Origin: a virus
Taxonomy: Duplodnaviria; Caudoviricetes
Length of the DNA: 30,359 bases
Direction: 5' to 3' (one strand)
Virus record (IMG/VR): IMGVR_UViG_3300012953_000136
Coordinates: 1 to 30,359 of that record
Below are positions 15,071-25,100 of this stretch, one piece after another. Every line of letters begins with the position of its first letter. Within the stretch, counting starts at the first letter, position 1. The translations under genes were made by a program, and so were the position numbers. The notes under the pieces are model-generated. The model was not told the DNA's origin and did no database searches. It saw only the letters and a list, made by a program, of their open reading frames with translations.

Positions 15071-16161
15071 TGTCATTACCTAGTTTAGAAGTACCTCCAA
15101 TGGAATGTCCGGCAACATTATTGCCAACCCCAGCTAATTTATCTAATATGTTTGGTGGTCTTGCAGCTTTTCCAGGTAAATTAACTGCATTAGCAAAAAC
15201 TACTGCAACTTCAGAAGCAGAAGCATATTTAAAACAAGCTGAGGATCTTCAAAAAACATTAGATAGTATACGATCAGCATTTTCTCCTTATGATCCTAAA
15301 TGGGAAAAATTAAGTATCCCAGAAAAAGAATGGGAGATAATGATACAAAGATTAATTGAAGAATATCCAACATATATCCAAGCTAAGATAATGAGTTTGA
15401 TTAGTTCTTTTGTTAGTTTTAATATGCCATTAATGGGTTTATCCATTGATGTAGTTAAGTTAGCAACTGATAGAGAATATTTAACTACATTATTAGATGG
15501 TATAAAAGGTGATGAGATTGATAAACTATATGCATTGGTTCCATCAGAATACAAATATTTTCAAGGTGATTATGGATTAGAAGCTGCAGAGTTAAAGAAA
15601 AAACAAATAATAGATTATATTAATAATGAATCTGCTAAATTTATGAATGGCCAACTCTTCACTGGATTCGGTGGATTGATAGGGGCATTTAATGAAATCT
15701 GGAGTGCTTTAGGATTACCAGCATTACCGGTACCTTTAAGCTTAGATGTAAAAGGAATGATTGATGCAGCTATAGCAAATGCTAAAACAGATGCAGAAAA
15801 AATAGCAGCTTTAAAGAATATATCTATTGCAGGATTTAAAGTAGAAGGATTATTAGGTGGAGAATTTACAGATAATTTTGATTCTATGGAATTTAAAATA
15901 GCAAGGATAAGTGCAAAGCTAAAAGAATTTGCTGAAGGGTATCAGTTATTTTTAATAAGAGAATGGATGGGTAAAGTTACATCTTTCTTTGATGCAATAG
16001 GATTAGGTACTTTAACCCAATATGCTACATTAAATTTTTGTACATTTATGGGATTAATAGGTATACCTTCATCAATAGATTTAAGTGGGTTTAGTAATAT
16101 AACAACAAAACCAAATGAAATTAAAAAACTTGAGGAAACTCTTGCTGAAACTAGTAGTTAA
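15070..16161 (+). CDS. Hypothetical helical protein (363 aa), probably virion-associated
   Basis: TAATG-coupled to g5 inside the baseplate operon. Confidence 0.8.
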   Translation: MSLPSLEVPPMECPATLLPTPANLSNMFGGLAAFPGKLTALAKTTATSEAEAYLKQAEDLQKTLDSIRSAFSPYDPKWEKLSIPEKEWEIMIQRLIEEYPTYIQAKIMSLISSFVSFNMPLMGLSIDVVKLATDREYLTTLLDGIKGDEIDKLYALVPSEYKYFQGDYGLEAAELKKKQIIDYINNESAKFMNGQLFTGFGGLIGAFNEIWSALGLPALPVPLSLDVKGMIDAAIANAKTDAEKIAALKNISIAGFKVEGLLGGEFTDNFDSMEFKIARISAKLKEFAEGYQLFLIREWMGKVTSFFDAIGLGTLTQYATLNFCTFMGLIGIPSSIDLSGFSNITTKPNEIKKLEETLAETSS

Positions 16162-16165
16162 GTAG

Positions 16166-16173
16166 TATAAATA
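16166..16173 (+). promoter_or_regulatory. Late promoter, 5 nt before the g25 ATG
   Basis: TATAAATA-GATAT-ATG. Confidence 0.85.
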
Positions 16174-16178
16174 GATAT

Positions 16179-16616
16179 ATGGCATATGCATCAGACAAAA
16201 CAGCAGAAACAGTTCAAATCACAACGGTAGCGAGAAAGAAATCTTGGGCCGATTTAGATTTATCTTTAGTACCACACGGTATTACTAAAGATATAATGCC
16301 ACTTAAAGATGATAGAGCTATTAAGAATGCAGTTAGAAATTTAATACTAACTAATTTTTATGAAAGGCCTTTTCAACATAATAAAGGTGCTAACCTAAGA
16401 GGATTATTATTTGAACCTGCTGATTACGTTACCAAGATAGAATTAAAAGATGGTATAAAAGAAGTTTTAGCTTTTCATGAACCAAGAATCGGTTTAATAG
16501 ATGTTAAAGTCCAAGATCAAGCAGAAACAAATTCATATAAAATCATTGTACATTTTATGATAAAAGAAATTAAAGCTGACGAAACAGTTAGCGTAACATT
16601 AAAAAGGTTAAGATAA
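16179..16616 (+). CDS. 25: Baseplate wedge subunit gp25
   Basis: DLDLS, AIKNAVRNLILTN..ERPF...G..L..LLFEP, EPRI. Confidence 0.93.
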   Translation: MAYASDKTAETVQITTVARKKSWADLDLSLVPHGITKDIMPLKDDRAIKNAVRNLILTNFYERPFQHNKGANLRGLLFEPADYVTKIELKDGIKEVLAFHEPRIGLIDVKVQDQAETNSYKIIVHFMIKEIKADETVSVTLKRLR

Positions 16617-18475
16617 TGGCTACAAATTTAAATATCACAGACTTAGATTTTGACGATATAAAAGATAATCTAAAAAATTATCTTAAACAACAAACAATAT
16701 TTAACGATTACGACTTTGACGGTTCAGGTATGAATGTATTACTAGATGTTCTAGCATATAATACACACTACAATGCCATGGCCGCTCATTTATCATTAAA
16801 TGAAGCTTTCCTTGATTCTGCTCAGATAAGAGGAAACGCTGTCTCGAGAGCTCGGATGCTTGGATACGTTCCTACTTCCGAGCTAGCGCCTAGAGCTAAA
16901 GTTAATATAGTTTTAGATGTTGCAACCGAAGCAGCTGGTGGATCAGATATTCCTACTACAATTACTATACCAAGAGGAGCTAAATTTCAAACTTCTTTAC
17001 AAGGTATAACATATAGATTTGTTACTCTAGATTCCCATACAGCAACAGTAAACAATAATAAATTTACATATACAGATGTAGAGATAGCTGAAGGCACATA
17101 TAACTCAATTAAATATAGAGTTGATAACGATATTCAAATACAAAAACATCAGATACCACATAAGAATGTAGATACTACTTCCATGCGCGTACGAGTGCAG
17201 GCGAACGAAGAATCAACTTCTTATGATCTTTATAGTAAATTCGAATCACTATTAAATGTAGATTCTACTTCAAAAATATATCACGTACAAGAAAATTCAA
17301 ATGGATTCTATGAAGTATATTTTGGTGATACAGTTATCGGTAAGAAACCAGCGTACAATAATATAGTTACCTTAGACTATGTTTATTCACACGGTAAGGA
17401 CGCTAACGGCGCTTCTACGTTCACAATGAGTGATAGTATAGGTGGATTTAATAATATTACTATAACAACAGCGAGTAATGCTTCAGGTGGTGCAGAGCAA
17501 GAAACATTAGAATCAGTAAGATATAATGCTCCAATAGCATTCACTGCACAAAATAGAGCAGTTACAGCAGAAGATTATAGATCAATAATCAAAAAGAACT
17601 TTACGAATATAGGTTCTATTAATACTTGGGGTGGAGAAGATCAAGCAATTCCTGATTATGGAAGAATATATATTTGTATTAAACCAAACACAGCATCAGT
17701 ATTAACTGAAGCAGAAAAAACTTCTATTACTAATTCAATATTAAAAGGAAAAAATGTAGTTAGTATCACTCCTTATGTTGTAGATCCTAATTATTCTTTC
17801 TTAGAATTAGATGTTATATTTAAATATAATCCAAACTTAACAGATAGAACTGCAACCGATTTAAAAACTTTAGTTACAGATACAATCGTAGATTATTCAG
17901 TAAATGAATTAAATAGCTTTGATGGATTATTCAGGCATTCACAATTATTAAAAACTATTGATTCATCTGATCCATCTATTTTAAGTTCAACAGTAAGACC
18001 TTATCTATTCCAAAACTATACTCCAACAGCTAATGTTTTAAATAATAACACTTTAACTTTCCCAGGAGTAATATATACTCCAAGTGGAGCTAGTGAATCT
18101 TGTATAGAATCTACAGGATGGGAAGATGGAAATGGAGTAACAAATTATTTTAACGATAAAGTAATCGAGGGTTCTACAGATAGACAAGTATTTGCTTATA
18201 AATTAGTTGGGGATGTTAAGGTAACTACAATTGATAATTGTGGAACAGTCACTCCATCAGCTGGAACAGTTATATTAAATAACTTTACACCTGCAAATAA
18301 TACTGCTATTCGAATAACAGTTCTACCAAATTCATTAGATATAGCTCCAAAGAGAGATCAGATTCTTTCAATTGATGCTACAAGATTAACAGTCACAGCA
18401 GAAAAAGATACAATTGCAACAGCAGGTTCTTCTGGTTCTATAGATTATACAACAGCTTCAAGGTTTAGATCGTAA
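16616..18475 (+). CDS. 6: Baseplate wedge subunit gp6
   Basis: LDFDDIK.NLK.YL...F.DYDFDGS...LLDVLAYNTHYN, NEAFLDSA, QNRAVT.EDY, WGGED. Confidence 0.95.
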   Translation: MATNLNITDLDFDDIKDNLKNYLKQQTIFNDYDFDGSGMNVLLDVLAYNTHYNAMAAHLSLNEAFLDSAQIRGNAVSRARMLGYVPTSELAPRAKVNIVLDVATEAAGGSDIPTTITIPRGAKFQTSLQGITYRFVTLDSHTATVNNNKFTYTDVEIAEGTYNSIKYRVDNDIQIQKHQIPHKNVDTTSMRVRVQANEESTSYDLYSKFESLLNVDSTSKIYHVQENSNGFYEVYFGDTVIGKKPAYNNIVTLDYVYSHGKDANGASTFTMSDSIGGFNNITITTASNASGGAEQETLESVRYNAPIAFTAQNRAVTAEDYRSIIKKNFTNIGSINTWGGEDQAIPDYGRIYICIKPNTASVLTEAEKTSITNSILKGKNVVSITPYVVDPNYSFLELDVIFKYNPNLTDRTATDLKTLVTDTIVDYSVNELNSFDGLFRHSQLLKTIDSSDPSILSSTVRPYLFQNYTPTANVLNNNTLTFPGVIYTPSGASESCIESTGWEDGNGVTNYFNDKVIEGSTDRQVFAYKLVGDVKVTTIDNCGTVTPSAGTVILNNFTPANNTAIRITVLPNSLDIAPKRDQILSIDATRLTVTAEKDTIATAGSSGSIDYTTASRFRS

Positions 18476-20463
18476 TGTCAAAATATGGTTCTGATGCAAC
18501 TAACCCGAATTATATAGAGTCGGTTGCTTCTCTTAAGAGAAAAACAAAAGAAGATATTAGAATTGATTCTTTAATACCTAGTGATATATTATATAATGCT
18601 GATAGAGGTGATAAGCCTGATATAAAAGATTTATTAGAAAAGTATTATGAATTCATGAATATGGAAGAATTCATTTATACTGATACTAAAACTTTTACAG
18701 ATATAGTTGCTTCATCAGGATCATATGCAGGAAAAGGTAAAGCAGTTTTTAGGATCATTGATCCACATAATGATAATAATGAATTTTTTCAAAGTAATGC
18801 TACTCATACATTAACAGTTGATGGAACTGTTATTAGTATAATTGGAAATAGTACTCCAATTATTTCAAATGGGAATGATCTTCCAGGAAGTTTAAAAAAT
18901 ACATCAGTTGAAACAGGTAAAACTATATCATTTGATGATATAGATGCATCTCATTTAACTAAAGTAGCTACTTTATCAACCACAATTACTAATTGGGTTG
19001 GTCCTGGTCCAAGTTATATTCTAAATGCTATAGAAGAAGCTATGAATATAGATGAGAACACAACTGATTATTTAGAAATGATGCAGAAAGAAATCGCAGC
19101 TGTTATACCTCGTGATTTATCTTCAGTTGAAAAAAGAACTCTATATAAAAATATCACAGAGCTCTATAAACTAAAAGGATCACAAGATTCAGTTGAAATA
19201 TTTTTTAGATTATTATTTAATGAAAACGTTGAAGTGGATTATCCATGGGACGTTACATTAATACCTTCTTCAGGTGATTGGGATGGAGCACAGAATAGAT
19301 ATCTAGATCATAAAGGATTTTTATCAGATAAAATTAAATTACAAGATTCAAAATATTATCAGAAATTTTCTTATAATGTTAAGACAGGTAGAAATTTAAG
19401 TGATTGGGAATTAGCTTTTGAAAGATTAATTCACCCAGCTGGATTTATATTCTTTGGAGAAGTATTATTATTAACACAATTAACTCGTGCAGTATTAGGA
19501 GATGGACAAAGAGTATCAGTAACAGTTCCTGGTGGTGGATTAGTTCAAGATCCAGATAATCCTGGATTACAATATAGATATTTAAATGTTTACCCAAGAT
19601 CAAATAGAAAAACTCTTAGCTCTATGCCAGGATTACAACCTGGGGTTATTGGTGCTGAAGACATTCCATTACTTGTAGAAGCTTTTGCATCTACATTCTT
19701 ACCTAACTTTTTAGCTAAGATTGATAGATCAGCAAACTTTTCTACAGATATAAGTGGTGGTCAAATATCAGCTATAAATATAGTAGATGGTGGATTTGGA
19801 TATAATTCAGCTCCAACATTAACGATTACTGGAGATGATGGTTCAAATGCTACAGCAACATGTACTATTGATACTAATGGTGTAGTTAATGCAGTATCAA
19901 TTACAGCTGCTGGATCAGGATATACAACTGCTCATACAGCAGCAGCTGCTAATCCAGATGCTGGTAAAGTTAAAACAATATTGTTAAGTAATCTGGCAGA
20001 TAAAATATATACATCTGCTCCTACTTTAACATTTGCAGAACCAACATCAGTTGATGCAGATGGTAATCCTTTAGGAACTAATGTAACAGCAACGGCTACA
20101 GTACAATTAGATTCAGAGGGAGAAGTTTCTGGGGTAACTATAAACGAAGATGGATTCGGTTATATTAAAGACCCAGTAATAAGAGTTGCCTCACCTACAG
20201 AAAGTGAAGGAAGAGGTAAAGATGTAGCAGAGATAGCGATCATTATGCTTAATCACGTGGCTAATGTTCAAGCTGGATCTTATGCATCTGGATTTAAAAC
20301 TTTGAATGATAATAAATATTTTGAAAGAAAGAATAATTATTATAGTACAAAGAAATTTAGAGATAACTATCCAATAAGCTTCTTTAGTGATAAAACCATT
20401 GGAACTAGTTATGAAAGTGATATAAATAGATATAACGTGAAAATAAATATTAATCAGGGATAA
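18475..20463 (+). CDS. 7: Baseplate wedge initiator gp7-like
   Basis: LYKLKGS..S...FFRLLFNE, KLQDSKYYQKFSY, LIHPAGF..FGE; G(F/S)GY beta repeats; between g6 and g8. Confidence 0.8.
   Translation: MSKYGSDATNPNYIESVASLKRKTKEDIRIDSLIPSDILYNADRGDKPDIKDLLEKYYEFMNMEEFIYTDTKTFTDIVASSGSYAGKGKAVFRIIDPHNDNNEFFQSNATHTLTVDGTVISIIGNSTPIISNGNDLPGSLKNTSVETGKTISFDDIDASHLTKVATLSTTITNWVGPGPSYILNAIEEAMNIDENTTDYLEMMQKEIAAVIPRDLSSVEKRTLYKNITELYKLKGSQDSVEIFFRLLFNENVEVDYPWDVTLIPSSGDWDGAQNRYLDHKGFLSDKIKLQDSKYYQKFSYNVKTGRNLSDWELAFERLIHPAGFIFFGEVLLLTQLTRAVLGDGQRVSVTVPGGGLVQDPDNPGLQYRYLNVYPRSNRKTLSSMPGLQPGVIGAEDIPLLVEAFASTFLPNFLAKIDRSANFSTDISGGQISAINIVDGGFGYNSAPTLTITGDDGSNATATCTIDTNGVVNAVSITAAGSGYTTAHTAAAANPDAGKVKTILLSNLADKIYTSAPTLTFAEPTSVDADGNPLGTNVTATATVQLDSEGEVSGVTINEDGFGYIKDPVIRVASPTESEGRGKDVAEIAIIMLNHVANVQAGSYASGFKTLNDNKYFERKNNYYSTKKFRDNYPISFFSDKTIGTSYESDINRYNVKININQG
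20421..20428 (+). promoter_or_regulatory. Late promoter upstream of g8
   Basis: TATAAATA followed by GATATA, the same context as the g25 and g2 promoters. Confidence 0.75.
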
Positions 20464-20466
20464 AAA

Positions 20467-22095
20467 ATGACAGCAATAGTAAGTACACCTTTCAGAGTGG
20501 TTAATGCAGAAAACTTTAAGGAAGATATTGCCGGATCCTCAGTATATGTGGGTATTGGTAAATCGGACGTTTGGTCCACAACAACTTCTAACTTAGTGGA
20601 CGCATCAGTACCATTCACACCACAAGATCGAATAGACGATCTTCATGAAGCATACCAAAATATGATTGGTATGAAAAAAATAGCATCGAGTGATGTTTCA
20701 CACATTGTACCAAGGCACACTTGGTCAACAGGAACAGTATATGTAGCTTGGGATTCAGATGATTCTGCAATATATGACAAATCGTTTTATATAATCACTT
20801 CTGAATTTAAAGTTTACAAATGCATATCCTCACCAGGAACAGCATCAACTATAGAACCTACACATATTAATACAGATCCAACAGCGGAATCTGATAATTA
20901 TATTTGGAAATATATGTATACAATTACAGTTACGGATTCTGAAAAATTCTTAACTACTTCATATATGCCAGTAGTTACACAGTTTGATCCAGTTACAGCA
21001 ACAGTTAATGGTGCAGTTTCAAGTTCAGTAAATGTTACATTAGATGCAGGACAAAACAACGAATTTATAAAGATTGGTCAATTAGTTACAGGTTCTGGTA
21101 TATCAGGATCAGTTACAGTTGCTACCAAACCTTCAGCAACAAGTATTACATTAAGTTCAGCTCAATCTATTTCAGATGGAGTAACATTAACATTCGGGAG
21201 ATTAGCAAGTACAGATGTTAATTTTGCTAACCAAACAGCACAGATAAATTCTGAAGCTTCAAGTACAGCAGCAGGTATAGAAAGATTAGAAGTTACAGCA
21301 GGTGGATCAAACTATGATGCCGCAGACGTATTCACAGTTACAATTACTGGTGATGGTACAGGTGCAACGGTAGTTGATGCAGGCGTAACCGTTTCTTCCG
21401 GAGCTATTACAGCTATAGCATTAAATGCTAAAGGAACAGATTATACAGTAGCTGATGTAACTATTACACATAATAATGCTTCAGGCGGGACGGCGGGCTC
21501 AGGCGCGAGCGCGAGAGCAGTTATTGCTCCACCAAATGGACACGGAACAGATCCAGTAAGTGAATTAGGAGCTTTTTATGTAGCTGTTAATACACAATTA
21601 TCAGGTTCAGAATCTGGTGATTTAACAGTTGGAAACGATTTTAGACAAGTAACATTAATTAAAGAACCAAAAGCTTTTGGAAGTAATGCAACACTTACAG
21701 CATCTACTGCTAGAGTTAGAAAATCATTAGTATTAGCATCAGGTGCATCTCTTTCAGGATTTGCAGTTGATCAAGTTATTCAAGGTTCAAGTTCGTCGGC
21801 TAAGGCTTATTTAGCAGAGATAGATACTACTAACAAAGTATTATATTATTATCAGAATTCAAAAACAGGTTATATTCCTTTTGTTTCAGGAGATACTATT
21901 ACAGGAACATTACCAAGTGGAGGTACAGCAGTTTTAAATACAACTTCAGGAACTACTTGGTATGGACAAGCAACAAACGGCTATGGTCCAGAGGTAGCTA
22001 TGAATACAGGACAAATTTTATTCCTAGAAAACAGAGCTGCTATTAATAGATCATCTTCACAGATTGAGGATATTAAACTGATTATTGAATTCTAA
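20467..22095 (+). CDS. 8: Baseplate wedge subunit gp8
   Basis: FRVVNAENF, VYKCIS, YIWKYMYTI, GHG.DPV.ELG, ENR..INRS..QIEDIKLIIEF. Confidence 0.9.
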   Translation: MTAIVSTPFRVVNAENFKEDIAGSSVYVGIGKSDVWSTTTSNLVDASVPFTPQDRIDDLHEAYQNMIGMKKIASSDVSHIVPRHTWSTGTVYVAWDSDDSAIYDKSFYIITSEFKVYKCISSPGTASTIEPTHINTDPTAESDNYIWKYMYTITVTDSEKFLTTSYMPVVTQFDPVTATVNGAVSSSVNVTLDAGQNNEFIKIGQLVTGSGISGSVTVATKPSATSITLSSAQSISDGVTLTFGRLASTDVNFANQTAQINSEASSTAAGIERLEVTAGGSNYDAADVFTVTITGDGTGATVVDAGVTVSSGAITAIALNAKGTDYTVADVTITHNNASGGTAGSGASARAVIAPPNGHGTDPVSELGAFYVAVNTQLSGSESGDLTVGNDFRQVTLIKEPKAFGSNATLTASTARVRKSLVLASGASLSGFAVDQVIQGSSSSAKAYLAEIDTTNKVLYYYQNSKTGYIPFVSGDTITGTLPSGGTAVLNTTSGTTWYGQATNGYGPEVAMNTGQILFLENRAAINRSSSQIEDIKLIIEF

Positions 22096-22114
22096 AGATT
22101 AGAAGAGAAAAAAT

Positions 22115-25100
22115 ATGGCAATTACTAGAGTTAAGAATTATAACGTAGCACCTTATTATGATGATTTTGATGAGTCTAAAAATTATCATAGAGTATTATT
22201 TAGACCAGGATTTGCTGTACAAGCAAGAGAATTAACTCAGCTACAAACCGCTCTCCAATCACAAGTTGATAAATTAGGACAATATAATTTCAATGATGGT
22301 TCACGTGTAGTTGGTGGTAAAGTTAGTATTAATACAGAATACGATTTTATTAAATTAACATCAACAAGTTCAGTTGCAGCATTCGTCGGAACAACTATTA
22401 CAGGTGGAACAAATGGTGTAACAGCTGACGTATTAGAAGCTATTGCAGCTAGTGGTTCAGATCCAGATACACTTTATATTAAATATAATAATGCTGGTAC
22501 AAACAATGCTACATCTTTATTTGTTAACGGTGAATCAATTACTAATGGTTCCAAAACAGCAACTCTAGCATCCTCCTCAGCGACAGGAAAAGGATCAAGA
22601 GTAAGTATTGAAGAAGGTGTATATTTTATATCTGGTACTATGGCTTATGTATCATCTCAATCATTAATACTTGACAAATATACAAATACTCCTAACTATA
22701 TTATAGGATTATCGGTCACTGAATCATTAGTAGAAAGTGGAACTGATTCAACTCTTGTAGATAATGCTACTGGAACTCCAAACTTTGCAGCTCCAGGTGC
22801 ACACAGATATTCAATAGCAACAGCTTTAATCAAAGAAAGTTTAACTGCACCAAATACTACACATAGTAATTATATTTTGCTAATGAAAGTAAAAGCTGGT
22901 ATAATACAAGTTAAGACTGAAGACAAAACAGCTAATACAGAATTAACATCTAGATTAGCTAGAAGAACACACGAAGAATCAGGTAATTATTCCGTAACTC
23001 CATATACATTAGATATAAGAGAACATCTAGATGATGAAGCAGGTAATGGTGGTTATTTAACAGCAGCTAGTGGTGGATCAGCTACTAAACTAGCAATTGG
23101 TGTTGAACCATCTACAGCTTATGTTCAAGGTTTCAGAGTAGAAAACCTAGCAACTAAATATGTTACAGTAGATAAACCAAGAGATCACGTAAATGAAAAT
23201 GAAAATTCAGTTTTCTTACCAGTTGGTAACTTTGTAAATCTAACTCTTTCAACAGTTAGAGGTATGCCAGATGTTAATTCATATACAACAATCGAATTAA
23301 GAAATAGTTCTAGTACAAAAATAGGTGAAGCAAGAGTAAGAGGTTTCGAAGTAGCTACTGCTTCAATTTGGCGTTTATTCCTATTTGATATTGTTATGAA
23401 TTCAGGTCAAACATTCTCAAACGTTGCTAAAGTATTCCAAACACAATCAAATCAGGATTTCCAAGCAGATTTAAATACTGCAGGAACAAGATTTGATACA
23501 GGTAATAATGGAATGGTATTTAAATTACCATATGATGGTGTTAAAACTTTATTAGGTTCATCCCCAGCAGATCCATTAGAATATAACGTAAGAAAAGAAG
23601 TAGAAGGAACAGTATCAGGATCTGGTGCAACAGCAACCGTATCATTTACTAACTTAGGTGGAAACCTACAATCTAATTCAGATATTATAATTGCAACAGC
23701 AGGAAATGCAGCAGAAGTAGTTCCACCAGCATGTGTTAGTGGAGTAGGTTCAACTACTTTAACATTAACAAACGCAGGAAGTGCATTAACTGGATTTGCT
23801 TCTGGAACACCACACGTAAAAGTTATATGTACAGTTCAAAAGAATGCTTCAGGTGGACAGAAAGCTAAAACACTTACAACAGTATCAGCTACTGGTTTCA
23901 CGTATGCATCAGCTACAGGATATATTCCACTAGATAAATCAGACATCTATTCAATAGATACAGTCACAGTTGGTGGGGTAGATGCTAAAGATAAATTTAC
24001 TTTAGATGATGGTCAAAGAGATAACTTCTATGATGAAGGAAGATTAACACCAATTGGTGGATGGTTAGCAAATGGTACAGTAGTTACAATCTCATTTAAA
24101 TATTGGTTACATTCAGGAGCTGGAGATTATTTCTCAGTAGATTCTTATGGTGGTTCTAATTATGAAAAGATTGGAACATTCGATGGTATGCAAGGTAAAG
24201 TAGAATTAAGAGATTGTTTGGACTTTAGACCAACAAAAGCTTCTTCTGGTTCTATTACAACTGGCCAAGAATTTACAACTGGTACTGGATTCTCAAACTC
24301 GCAGGCTGTTAAACCTGGATCAGTAGCTCAAGCAGATGTTGATCACTATGTAGGAAGAATTGATAAACTTTATATTGACAGAGAAGGAAACTTTAAAACA
24401 GTTACGGGTGTAGCATCTAATTACCCACAATCCCCGGATGATATAGATGATTCAATGACAATCTTTGAATTGCATTATCAACCGTATGTATTTGATACTG
24501 GTGATTGTATACCTGTTAAGATAGATTCAAAACGCTATACTATGCGTGATATTGGATCTATTGATACAAGAGTTAAGAACCTAGAGTATTATACCTCACT
24601 ATCACTCTTAGAAAAAGATGCAACCTCAGTACAAATTCAAGATGGTTCAAGTAACGATAGGTTAAAAAATGGTATTATAGTTGATGGATTCTACGGTCAT
24701 AATATAGGTAATGTAAGACATCCAGATTATCATAACTCAGTTGATAAAACTCCTGGTGTTCTAAGGCCAAAATACTATTCAGATAATACAAATCTTATAA
24801 AAGGTGCAGTTAGTAACGTAACACAAACTGGATCATTACTCCATTTACCATTTACAGAAGCAATATATGCTGAACAACCTTATGCTACAATGCAAGAGTT
24901 TGTTAACCCATATAATGTATTCACATGGGGTGGAACATTAGATCTTTCCCCAGAATCGGATGAATGGAAAGATACAGACACAAGACCAGATGTTGTGATT
25001 GATGATGAAGGTGTTTATGATCAATTAGTTTCAATGGCAGAACAAAATGGTATCTTAGGAACAGTTTGGAATGAATGGGAAACAAACTGGACAGGTGTAG

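Noticed and set aside
19773-19780. Exact TATAAATA inside g7
   Set aside because: About 690 nt from the next start, with a closer box at 20421; may be chance
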